In this document: positions 40,957-51,585 of the stretch, one piece after another
Numbering within the stretch: position 1 is the first letter of the stretch
Layout of the letters: the number at the start of each line of letters is the position of its first letter
From: Williopsis jadinii
Lineage: Eukaryota
Reading direction: 5' to 3'
DNA: 64,000 nt
Assembly: GCA_024346625.1 (NCBI GenBank)
Contig: AP024665.1
Location: forward strand, 1,302,001-1,366,000
Notes under the pieces: generated by a model
Told to the model about the DNA's origin: nothing
Seen by the model: only the letters and a program-made list of their open reading frames with translations
Database searches by the model: none
Made by a program: the position numbers and the translations under genes

Positions 40957-43098
40957 ATGATTTCGTCACATGGTCGTACTGCTTCAAAAGCTCGACAAAG
41001 AGATGATACACCAGTGTTTCTGGACCGGTCTGACTCCGATGACGATGACAACAACTTCAAACCACCAGCATTGAGTAACTATGCGTTGGCATTATTGAAG
41101 AAAGAGAATGATGGCTCTGATAAAGAAAACCTGCATACTACACTAACAAGACAAGTACCGAAAAGAGTCAACTTCAGGAGGTCACCAGAGGACAACACGA
41201 GGTCCAAACAACATCATGGTGAGAACCAAGCCCTAAGGACTAATACACTATACACAAACCAATCAGAACACGATTCTGTATTCAGTAGGGAAACCCAGAT
41301 GGATTATGACATATACGGGTCCTTCTCTACGGGTCATGACAAGGCGCAGAAGACGCCACTAAATAGGTCATCGAGCTCAGGATTAGGCTCCACCAGTGGG
41401 AGTCATTCACGGTTGAGGAGTTCTACAAGAAGAGTTAGGGGATTTGGAGGCTTGGGTCCACCAAAGAGAGCCTCGTCAAATGTTGAAGATGTTCTGAAAT
41501 CAACATCTGATGCTCAAACTCTGGAAGATGGACCGATGAGAGATATTACGATATCACCTCGCGAACACAACGGTGTCACAGTTGGTAAGCCCCATATTAC
41601 ACCAGAAAAACGTACACCTTCCAAGAACCCAACTATTAATATTGACTTTGAAGGTATGAATCCATACCAATACTCGAGAAAGCATAACATTCCCTCACTG
41701 GAACTACCCAGACTTGTGAAGATTTACTTTGAGCAGCAAAAACACCAAGCGAAAGAGGCGATGTCCCTGAAGAGTCCCATTAGACTTAAAGAGGCCATGT
41801 ACTCTCAAATTGAAGAACAACTAAAATGTGATACAGGTACCTCCGGAGAGATTGAATCAAAGACTGATGTGCCGACGCTGACCCTTGGTAGTGACAAGGA
41901 GAACATCGGTATTCCTCAAAGACCAACTACCGATCTAGAACAGTTACGTTCAAATCGACAGCCTTTGGCTGTTCTGACTCAGGCAAACCAAAAATTACAG
42001 AATTCCCTGAAAACTCCTAATCAAGAATCATATCAAGAATATCACTACAAGCAAACCGAACCTTTGAAAGCTTCTGATGAACCGAAGAAAAGTTCCAAAT
42101 TGCTCAACATCAATGGAAAGCAATACGAAAAACTTGAATTATTGGGTAAAGGTGGCTCTTCAAAAGTCTTTAAAGTCAAATCTCTGAGCAATAAGGTATA
42201 CGCTGTTAAGAAGATATCCTTTGACGATTTTGATGAGGTTAGTATACGTGGCTTTAAAGGTGAGATTGACCTATTGTCTAAACTTCGTGATCAAGAACGT
42301 GTTGTTAGGCTAGTTGATTATTCTTTGGGACAAGGTTCACTATATTTGGTGATGGAATGCGGTGAAATTGACTTGTGTCACGTACTAGCCAAGAGACTCG
42401 ACTCTCCCATGGATATCGAGTTTGTGAGATACCATGCTAGTGAACTTCTCAAATGTGTTAAATCAGTACATGATGCCGACATTGTTCATTCTGACTTGAA
42501 GCCAGCCAATTTCCTCTTCGTAAAAGGCATGATGAAAATCATTGACTTCGGCATAGCCAATGCAGTTCCAGAGCATACAGTGAACATTTACAGAGAATCA
42601 CAGATTGGAACGCCAAACTACATGGCACCAGAGGCATTAATCGACAACAATCAACATCTTGCTGATTTATCATCACATAAGAGCCAATGGAAAGTTGGTA
42701 AACCTTCAGATATTTGGTCTTGTGGTTGCATCATATACCAAATGATTTATGGACGACCGCCATATGGAGGATATCAAGGTTCACAAAGACTTTTAGCGAT
42801 TATGAACCCAGATATCAAGATCTCGTACCCAGATAAAGGGTTGGGTGGTGTCAAGGTCCCTGGAACTGCCATTGCAACCATGCAAGCATGTCTAATGAGG
42901 GATCCTGCTAAAAGATGGACAGTACAACAGCTGTTAGAAGGACCATTCCTAAAACCGAGAGTTGTATCTGAACAATTTGTTAATGATTTGGTCAAAAATG
43001 CCATCACATACGGCATTAGCAAATCTAGCATTGATGATGAAGAGTTGAAAACGTTGGCGGATGACGTCTGGAAAAGAATTTCACAATTAAGTCTGTAA
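40957..43098 (+). CDS. MPS1: Spindle checkpoint kinase Mps1
   Basis: PPALSNYALALL, GLGPPKR, LGKGGSSKVFKV, FKGEIDLL, MECGEIDL, HSDLKPANFLFVKG, ESQIGTPNYMAPE. Confidence 0.97.
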   Translation: MISSHGRTASKARQRDDTPVFLDRSDSDDDDNNFKPPALSNYALALLKKENDGSDKENLHTTLTRQVPKRVNFRRSPEDNTRSKQHHGENQALRTNTLYTNQSEHDSVFSRETQMDYDIYGSFSTGHDKAQKTPLNRSSSSGLGSTSGSHSRLRSSTRRVRGFGGLGPPKRASSNVEDVLKSTSDAQTLEDGPMRDITISPREHNGVTVGKPHITPEKRTPSKNPTINIDFEGMNPYQYSRKHNIPSLELPRLVKIYFEQQKHQAKEAMSLKSPIRLKEAMYSQIEEQLKCDTGTSGEIESKTDVPTLTLGSDKENIGIPQRPTTDLEQLRSNRQPLAVLTQANQKLQNSLKTPNQESYQEYHYKQTEPLKASDEPKKSSKLLNINGKQYEKLELLGKGGSSKVFKVKSLSNKVYAVKKISFDDFDEVSIRGFKGEIDLLSKLRDQERVVRLVDYSLGQGSLYLVMECGEIDLCHVLAKRLDSPMDIEFVRYHASELLKCVKSVHDADIVHSDLKPANFLFVKGMMKIIDFGIANAVPEHTVNIYRESQIGTPNYMAPEALIDNNQHLADLSSHKSQWKVGKPSDIWSCGCIIYQMIYGRPPYGGYQGSQRLLAIMNPDIKISYPDKGLGGVKVPGTAIATMQACLMRDPAKRWTVQQLLEGPFLKPRVVSEQFVNDLVKNAITYGISKSSIDDEELKTLADDVWKRISQLSL

Positions 43099-43152
43099 TT
43101 ATTGATGATCTAATGTACTTTTAATGAGAATATAAAAAGTTGTATAAGTGTA

Positions 43153-46137
43153 TCAGTCGTTTTTAATCTTTTCATTTCCATCAACTGCTTGAGACGGAGC
43201 AGTTGAGAACCACATGTCGAAAAGTTTGAACAGTTCATCAATAACAATCACAGGAACAGAGAGAACGATGATTGCAACCCACTCATCTTTATTAAGCGGA
43301 AGAACATTGAAGAGGTTTGAGAACCAAGGGACGTAAAGGATGATGAAGTGCAAAGCCATAGAAAGTAGGATTGCAAGTATTAAGTGGACATTGTTCCAAA
43401 GAGGGAAGGTCAGTAAGCTATCAGTCTCTGACAGGTTATTCATGGCGTTCAGCATCTCGACGACAACTAAGATTGATAAAGAAATTGTTGAAGCCTTGAT
43501 TGAGTGGGAGTTTTGGAACATTTGACATCCAATCTCAGGGAACTCTGAAGAACAATGATGGAAATGAGAAAGTTGCTTGTAGGAAATCAGAGGACCATCT
43601 TGGTACATTATGAAATACCAAACATAACCGGCAACTGTTGCAATACCGACGTAGGATCCCACAACAATATATCTGAACAAAAGCCAGCCACTAACTAGGG
43701 GATCATGTCTAGACTTTGGAGGTTTGGACATGATATTACGGTCAGGAGGGTTGAATCCCAGTGCAGATGCTGGTAAACCATCTGTAACCAAGTTGACCCA
43801 GAGCAGTTGAACAGGAACCAATGCCTCTGGTAATCCAAGTGCAGCAGTCAAGAAAATAGAGACAACTTCACCAATATTAGAAGAGATCAAGTAACGGATA
43901 AATTGCCTTGTGTTGTTGTAAATTAAACGACCTTCTCTAACCGCAGTGACAATCGTAGAGAAGTTGTCATCTTGTAAGACTAAGTTTGAGGCCAGTCTCG
44001 CAACGTCTGTACCAGATCCCATAGCGATACCAATATCGGCTTTCTTGAGTGCAGGGGCATCATTTACACCATCACCAGTCATAGCAACAACATTACCATT
44101 TCGTTGTAACAGATCAACAAGCGATGATTTGTGTGATGGTTCAACACGTGCAAACACCTTCACTTTCTCAACTGCTTGGATTTTTTCTTCTTCACTAAGT
44201 TCATTGAACTGTCTACCAGTTAATACAAGACCATTGCTGTCGTGATCTTCGTCAAGAATTCCAATCTGCTTAGCGATATTCTCAGCTGTTATTGGAGAAT
44301 CACCCGTGACCATGATAACTCTGATACCAGCGCTCTTACAGTCTTGGATAGACTTAGTCACCTCTGGACGAGGTGGATCAATCAAGGCTGCAAATCCAAC
44401 AAAGACCAAATCTGATTCCAAAAGCTCATAATGCTTCGACGTGGTTGCAACCTCAGCCATTTGAAGATCCAGATCATCTTTATAGGCAAGAGCAATTATT
44501 CTGTATCCTTCACCAGCCAATTCCTCGATCTTTGAAACAAGCTCCAATTCGTTTGCTCTACTCAATGGTTCAATGGTCAAGGTACCATTTTCTGTCTGAG
44601 TGAGAACCTTTGTTGAACGGGCAAGAATAGATTCAGGTGCACCTTTGACTAGCAACTCTGGTCCGTTTGATGAATCCACCAATACGGACATAGACTTACG
44701 GTCTCTTGTGAATTCAAATGTGCAGGCACGTGGGTATTGTTCATCATAGAGGTCGCATATTGGAGTATTCGAAACAATGGATTCCAACTGTGCGTCTGGA
44801 GAAAGCTTCTCGACGAACACTTTTAGAGCAGCTTCTGTTGGCTCACCACCGGCCTTCCAGTTATCCTGTCCCACTTGGACGAAGAATGAATCATTACAGA
44901 GGGCACATACTTGGGCAACTTTATGCAACACTGCAAAGTCTGGATCAGGCAAAGCAACTTCATAACCATGTTCATCGAGAACTATACCTCTTGGATTGAA
45001 AGAATGACCAGATACAGACAAGGTGGTCAACTCGTTCACATTGTTGAAGAAGACAACGTTACGGACCACCATTTGATTTGTTGTCAAAGTACCAGTCTTA
45101 TCAGAGCAAATGACATTTGTAGATCCCAATGTCTCGACAGATGATAACGTTCTAACGATGGCGTCTTGTTTCGCCATCTTCTTTGTACCAAGAGCCAAAC
45201 AAGTTGTAATAACAACACTCAGCCCTTCAGGGATTGCTGCAACAGCCAGAGCCACTGCAATTTTGAAGTAATATATGGCACCTTTGAGGTATCCACCATG
45301 AACTGGATCATTGAAATTGTTAAAGTTGATTACCCAGACGGCAATACAGATCACAGTGATGAATTTTGCCAACATATCACCAAAGTCATCCAATTTCTCC
45401 TTCAAAGGCGTTGATTGCGAGATCTGCGATGTCAGGTCTGTGTATATATTGCCAATTGCGGTTCTTTCACCAGTGTGTGTAACCACAACTCGAGCAGTAC
45501 CACCAACAACGGTTGTACCTGAAAATACAATGTTGGACTGTTCTTGCTTCACAGCATTTGGCAAGTCCACAGTCTCCACTGACTTGAGCACTGATTCAGA
45601 CTCACCGGTGAGGATCGATTGATCCACTCTCAAAGTTTGTGACAAGATCTTCACGATTCTGGCATCTGCTGGAACAACATCGCCGACGCCGATATCAATA
45701 ACATCACCAGGAACCAGCTCCTCTTGTTTGACACGGGTCAGTCTGCCATCACGTCTAACACGAGCATACGACGATGTGTACTCGTTCAGTGCACTGATGG
45801 CTGATTCGGCAGAACTTTCCTGTTGGACACCAACTATGGCATTTAAGATCAGGATGGTGAGAATCACCAAAGGGTCCACCATGCTCAACCATGAGAACTC
45901 GCCCTCTGTCAAAGCCAACGCAAAGGACACGGCGGCTGATCCCAGTAGGATCAAAGTCAACTGATCTTCAAACTGGCCCAATATGAGCTTCCAGAGTGGC
46001 GTTGATGGTTCCTTAGGAAGCCCATTCGGTCCATACTCTTCCAGCCTCTTTTGAGCCTCTGTCGAAGAGAGGCCGGACTTCTTAGAGTCCAACAGCCTCA
46101 AGGACTCTTCAACCGACTTGTTGTAGAACGATGGCAT
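43153..46137 (-). CDS. SERCA-type (P2A) ER Ca2+-ATPase
   Basis: YYFKIAVALAVAAIPEGL, DKTGTLT, KGAPE, TGDGVND, FIRYLISSNIGEVVSIFL, QLLWVNLVTDGLPA, VEMLNAMN (M8 Glu); C-terminal KIKND ER-retrieval motif. Confidence 0.93.
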   Translation of the reverse strand: MPSFYNKSVEESLRLLDSKKSGLSSTEAQKRLEEYGPNGLPKEPSTPLWKLILGQFEDQLTLILLGSAAVSFALALTEGEFSWLSMVDPLVILTILILNAIVGVQQESSAESAISALNEYTSSYARVRRDGRLTRVKQEELVPGDVIDIGVGDVVPADARIVKILSQTLRVDQSILTGESESVLKSVETVDLPNAVKQEQSNIVFSGTTVVGGTARVVVTHTGERTAIGNIYTDLTSQISQSTPLKEKLDDFGDMLAKFITVICIAVWVINFNNFNDPVHGGYLKGAIYYFKIAVALAVAAIPEGLSVVITTCLALGTKKMAKQDAIVRTLSSVETLGSTNVICSDKTGTLTTNQMVVRNVVFFNNVNELTTLSVSGHSFNPRGIVLDEHGYEVALPDPDFAVLHKVAQVCALCNDSFFVQVGQDNWKAGGEPTEAALKVFVEKLSPDAQLESIVSNTPICDLYDEQYPRACTFEFTRDRKSMSVLVDSSNGPELLVKGAPESILARSTKVLTQTENGTLTIEPLSRANELELVSKIEELAGEGYRIIALAYKDDLDLQMAEVATTSKHYELLESDLVFVGFAALIDPPRPEVTKSIQDCKSAGIRVIMVTGDSPITAENIAKQIGILDEDHDSNGLVLTGRQFNELSEEEKIQAVEKVKVFARVEPSHKSSLVDLLQRNGNVVAMTGDGVNDAPALKKADIGIAMGSGTDVARLASNLVLQDDNFSTIVTAVREGRLIYNNTRQFIRYLISSNIGEVVSIFLTAALGLPEALVPVQLLWVNLVTDGLPASALGFNPPDRNIMSKPPKSRHDPLVSGWLLFRYIVVGSYVGIATVAGYVWYFIMYQDGPLISYKQLSHFHHCSSEFPEIGCQMFQNSHSIKASTISLSILVVVEMLNAMNNLSETDSLLTFPLWNNVHLILAILLSMALHFIILYVPWFSNLFNVLPLNKDEWVAIIVLSVPVIVIDELFKLFDMWFSTAPSQAVDGNEKIKND

Positions 46138-46405
46138 GTACTGAGCGGCCTTCTGTACGGGTAACTGTTCAACCTTCCGTTAAAGGGTGTTGTTGTGATT
46201 TGCAGTGGTGGAAAGTCGCTGTTGTTCTTTTAATCCACGTGACGAGGTAAACAAACAGCCTGGCGCAAGGGTTTGAAACCGCTTCCAATACGTCTACAGT
46301 TGAGGCTCCACAAGTCGCGTAGTTATCGTCTATACACGTGTATATATACAAGATCATCAGGCACTGGCGGCTGTACTCCCAGCGGCTGTACTCCAAGCGC
46401 CTGAA

Positions 46406-46993
46406 TCATTTAGAGAGCTCCTCATCTAAACCTTCGGTGATGTCCTCGCCGTTCATGATTCTGTTGATGGCGTCCTGAACCGTAAGTGACTCTTCATCCA
46501 TAGGCGCTTCGCTGAGCTTCTGTTCATTGACATCGCCTCCGAGTAATCTCTTCACTTTGAACCCGAACTCCTTTGGCGTGCTGACATCCCATGTCCAGCA
46601 CACACCGGTGATGGCCATTGCAAAGCCTGAAGTGGCCAGGCATGTAGCGTGCGTTACTGCCAGGATGGCATCCCTCTGGAACGAGAACGCCGGCGGGATG
46701 TGGTTGGCGTTGAACAGCTGTGGAATGTCTATAAATCACATCGTGTTAGTCACCATCCCAGAGTAAACCCATGCAATGCTATACTACTCACATCTTCTTG
46801 ATTGAACACCTCTGTACGCCAGGCGCGCGAAGAGAAGAGTGGTGGCAGTGGCTCCAAAGAACGCCATCATCTGCTTTCTTCTTCTCTCTTTGTACTGCAC
46901 CGAGATCTTCGACACCTCCACTGGCACATTAACCTGTTGTAAACTCATCTTCCTCCACGCGAGCTCCTCTGGTGTTGTATCCACTGCTGCCAT
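46406..46993 (-). CDS. AIM11: Aim11/Iai11 family mitochondrial membrane protein, 2 exons
   Basis: Exons 46993-46792 and 46728-46406. Intron 46791-46729 (GTGAGT, GACTAAC, TAG). Peptide: [38 protein letters not shown]. Confidence 0.88.
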
Positions 46994-47257
46994 GGTTAGT
47001 TGTTGAAAGCATCTCGAGCAAAGCCGTTGCGCCTAGCTCTGAAAGGGGTAATATCCGAGGGCTCGGGAGCACCGGATTTGCGTGCACTCGCTATCTGTTG
47101 GCTGTTACCCGGCCTTCATCGCTCTCTAAGCCCGGGGACACAAAGACAAAAAGTAAAAGATCCACAGCGGTGCTCGGGCTTCATCTTCTTCTCGTGATAC
47201 TTTTTCTCTCTCTCTATCTCTCCAACTCCTTATCAGCTGAGCCATAGAAACCACACG

Positions 47258-47627
47258 ATGCATCCACAGTTGGACTCTCCAAGATTTATCTGTACGTTTG
47301 TGCCACCACAGCTGAGTGCCTCTGAAGTTTGTTACTAACTATTGTTGCTGAACAGCATGTGCTGATTTTATCGAAGCGCTAGAGAAGTGTCACCAAAGAC
47401 CGTTTGTTGAAAGGGCGTTTGGGGTCTGTAATAACGAGAAGGAGGCGCTTTCGGCGTGTCTCCATGAGGCCAGAATGCACTCTCAGAACCTGCAAATTGT
47501 GAAGAAGCAGGAGAAGGGGAAGGAGATGAAGAAGAAGTGGGAAAAGCTCAAAGACGACGAGTATGGAGAAGACCAGTTCTTGTTAAAACTGCTGGAGAGA
47601 GAACAGGCCAAGAAGGCGGAGAAGTGA
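47258..47627 (+). CDS. CMC2: Twin CX9C mitochondrial protein Cmc2, 2 exons (absent from ORF track)
   Basis: Exon 1 47258-47291 (MHPQLDSPRFI); intron 47292-47355 (GTACGT, TACTAAC 47333-47339, CAG); exon 2 SCADFIEALEKCH..FGVCNNEKEALSACL..EYGED, ending at TGA 47625-47627. Confidence 0.92.
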
Positions 47628-47755
47628 GTGGGATAGCATGTTCCGATATGGACGTAATTTGTGTACATAGATAATTATATATCATTCTTAGCGTTGACTA
47701 CACCGTGTATCGTTTTCATACGTGATGTTGCTGGCGATTTGTTTTATTTTCCGTT

Positions 47756-48574
47756 CTAATCCTGGCGTGACTTGAGATACCTCTTGACCACTTTATCTTT
47801 CGTGATGACGTATACAACAGCACCCCATCCGGAGAGAGCATCACGATCACATGCATTCAGCAACGCTTGTGAGATGGTTTCAAACAGATCTTCTGGCTCG
47901 AGATCTGGTTCGTACAACGATTCACACATACCAAAAAGCTGGTCCGATGCTGTTCCACTAACAATGAAATCTTTGGCGAAATCAATACATCCAATAAGAT
48001 CGAATCCGCAGATGAATGGCTTCTCGGTGATGGAATTTATACCAGCAACCACAGGGCCGATGAAGTATGGACCAAATCTCTTTTGGTATAGTGTGGATGA
48101 AACCAAATTGGCAAACGACTCTGGTTCAATGGCCCTCTCTTCTCTAAGTTTGTACAAATTTGTCTTTTGTCTAAACACCTCGGAAAGCGTCTGTGCATCT
48201 GTTGCTAATCCTGTTAGCCCAAGAAACACATTACCATACTGGTAAACTTTCTCAAACTTATTTGAAAGACCAAGCGACTGTTGTCCAAGACGAAGATCAC
48301 TTGCGATTGCCACACAGTCTTTACCAACCATGGCTACCACGGAGCCACCTACACGAATTGCGTGTGTTAGTACAGTCACTCTAGGTGTCAATTTGACAAA
48401 CGAACAAAAATATACAATCATGTGGAACAAGTGCTCATCTTCCTGAGTGGCAATGTTGACAACTCAGGGCACTTCACCTTCCAACCAATTGTACACAACG
48501 CCAACAACAAGAGGGCAAAATCACGAAACAACGCAATTCATATACGTACCATTCAATGAGCTTGGATCTGACAT
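47756..48574 (-). CDS. PUP3: 20S proteasome beta-3 subunit, 2 exons
   Basis: Exon 1 48574-48550 (MSDPSSLN-G); intron 48549-48349 (GTACGT, TACTAAC, TAG); exon 2 GGSVVAMVGKDCVAIASDLRLG..DRDALSGWGAVV..RQD. Confidence 0.97.
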
Positions 48575-49457
48575 GTTGTGCCTGTGGATATATCAATAAA
48601 TCTGTGCAATGGATTAGTCGATACGTACTGTTTACGTATAAAAAGTGCTTCAACTTTGGAAGTTCGCCTTCAAAACAAACCGCACCAACACAGCTCCGCA
48701 CTCAAATTGGTTACCCTGACTAATAAAATTCCGACTCGTCTTCGGAATCTGTGTCGGTGCGCAAACCGGGTTTTGCCAGCTTTTTGTGTCAAACGTGCGT
48801 GGGCCATTCCGGCGTTATCCAGATGTGCTGGGAGAGGTGTTTCTTCACCAAACCATCACCTTCAATTCGCTAAAAGGATTTAGAGATGAATACCAGAAGT
48901 CTTTTATCTTAAGGCTTGAGCTGTGGATATGATTCTATGTAAAGCATCCGACTATGTTGTGAAGACTCGATGTATCATCATCGTCATAAGGATTCATCAC
49001 GTCCCGGAGTCTCTCCCAGGCTTATAGAGACATATATCATTGATTGCCCACTACGATAATATATCAATACATCAAACTATCACTGCCTTGTTCCGGAACG
49101 TCCAATATACATCCATAAGGAGAGGGATATTAAATAAATGGGGTTTGATAGACATTTCTAATCATAGGCATGATCCTGGTGGACTCTGAAACTTGTGGCG
49201 CGAATGTGGCGTATATGAGGCTAATTCATCCTGTGGCTACTCGCAGATTCAAACAAAGCTGCAGGCTGGAACCTTTTTTGTCTCCCTGTGGCACGTGAAC
49301 TTACGCTATAATTCTTTCCCAGATGACAATCGGGCATCAAACACTGGAAAAGCGTCCTTAGCGGCGATTTTTTATACCAAGTTGGAATATTTTTCCAATT
49401 CTTCTCATTTCTTCTTCTTTCTGAACCTTTTCAACTGAACCTCCTCACTCAATTAAA

Positions 49458-50222
49458 ATGCTTTCTCGTTCATTGTTGAGATCTACTCTTTCCGCTGCTA
49501 AGGCCAACACTCGTCTTGCCTCTCAAACTCCTGTTTTTGTTAGAGGTGTTAGAACTTTCAAGCAAGAAGATCAACCAAGATTGAGAATTGGCTCTACTGC
49601 TCCAGATTTCAAAGTTGACACCACTGAAGGTCCAATTGAGTTCCACAACTGGATTGGTGATTCCTGGACTGTTTTCTTCTCCCACCCAGCTGATTTCACT
49701 CCAGTTTGTACCACTGAGTTGGGTGCCTTTGCTGCCTTGAAGGATGAGTTCTCCAAGAGAAACGTCAAGTTGATTGGTTTGTCCGCTGAGGGCGTTGACT
49801 CCCACAAGGCCTGGATCAAGGACATTGAAGATATCACCCCAGGTTTGAAGACCTTCTCCTTCCCAATCATTGCCGATACTGACAGAGAGGTTTCCTTCTT
49901 GTATGACATGGTCGATGAAGAAGGTTTCAAGAACTTGAACGGTGGCATTGTTCAAACCATCAGATCCGTCTACGTCATTGACCCAAGCAAGAAGATCAGA
50001 ATCACATTCACCTACCCTCCATCCTGTGGCCGTAACTCTGCTGAGGTTTTGAGAGTCATCGATGCCTTGCAGTTGGCTGACAAGAAGGGTGTTGTCACCC
50101 CAATTGACTGGACCTCTGGCAAGGATGTTATCATCCCACCAACCGTCAGCAACGAGGATGCTAAGAAGAAGTTCGGTGAGTTCGACGAGGTCAAGCCATA
50201 TTTGCGTTACACCAAGGTTTAA
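49458..50222 (+). CDS. PRX1: Mitochondrial 1-Cys peroxiredoxin
   Basis: Presequence, FSHPADFTPVCTTELG, GRNSAEVLRVIDALQ, TPIDW. Confidence 0.96.
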   Translation: MLSRSLLRSTLSAAKANTRLASQTPVFVRGVRTFKQEDQPRLRIGSTAPDFKVDTTEGPIEFHNWIGDSWTVFFSHPADFTPVCTTELGAFAALKDEFSKRNVKLIGLSAEGVDSHKAWIKDIEDITPGLKTFSFPIIADTDREVSFLYDMVDEEGFKNLNGGIVQTIRSVYVIDPSKKIRITFTYPPSCGRNSAEVLRVIDALQLADKKGVVTPIDWTSGKDVIIPPTVSNEDAKKKFGEFDEVKPYLRYTKV

Positions 50223-51157
50223 GCTGTGCGTCTATCCACATTCAGCACTTCACTCCACGCTTAACACGGGGACGGAAAAATATGGTAAATATAGACTGGA
50301 TTCTTGTTTATCCTCGACACGCACACATATTCTGTACACTCTCACCATGTAGACTGTGGACACATACTGTAATTAGCGAATAAGACAACAACCAACATGG
50401 TAACCCCCTCCTCCTCCGCTTGAGCCCTACTGTACAAACCTCTACGTGTGTCTCCTGTGTCGCCTACCAGGAAAATATAGCGTGCTGTGTGGCTTTAACA
50501 GGGCAATTACGAACACAATCCTCAGGTGAAAGGGTGTTCAAGTGGCTGCCAGCACGTCTCCTCCCCAGCAAGCACCACAGCGGCCACACAACTCGAGAAG
50601 AGAAACTACAGCCTCTCCGTACATATGAACATTTTGGCCCGATCAAAGAGGCGGCAATACTCAGAGCCCATACATTTCCGTATTATCCTTAGTTGTTAGG
50701 CAATTGTTAAGCACTTGACAAACGCTTCAAAATACACCACCACCGCCCCTCGCTTAACAGTTGACGTCTCAGCCACCAAAGGGGCCCAGTTTCCCACAGC
50801 AACCGTTGTTCATCTCCTTTACGCGTAGCTTGATTGGCCACCCCCGGACATTTGAAAACCGTCAATTTTTTCTGCTTTGGGAACAAAGGGGGAAAAAGCG
50901 AACCTCACGGGGAAAGCGAAAAAACAAAAAGTCAAAAAAACACACACACATAGCTAACACAAAAACGATCGAGAAAATAATACAAAAAAAATTAAGAAGC
51001 ACGTCCAATCAATAGGCGAAAACATAATTATCCAGTGAACTACAAACTTGCTTGGTGGTAAAAAATTATTGCTTTAGTGTGAATCTGTGTCTGCTTGTGA
51101 TCTTTTGATGTTAAGGAGAGAGAAAGAAGTTTGTTGCGTATAAAGTACAACAGGAAG

Positions 51158-51553
51158 ATGAGCGACAACTTCACAGACACCAATAACTATGCCAATAGGC
51201 TCAACATGCCTGCAAAGGCTTCGGTGTTTAACCATCCATCTCTGCCACCGCTACAACAAAGGGGATTGCAGCCCATACAGCCACAACCACAACAGCAACC
51301 ACAACCACAACATCAGGTACCTATTCAACCACAACTGTCTGGACGCTCGAATTCCGGAACGCCGTTACCGCCAAAGAAACGGGCTTCAGCAGATTTGGGC
51401 GCTTCCTCAAACGGCCAGCAGCGGAAGAAGTCAACGGTGGGTAAGAACCAGGAGGACAAGCTGAGTACACTCGCAAACGTGGCGGCTCACTCTCCAGGAG
51501 CAGAGCAGCACCAGCATCAACAGGAGCATCAACAACTACAACTACAGCATCAT

Positions 51554-51585
<32 letters not shown>

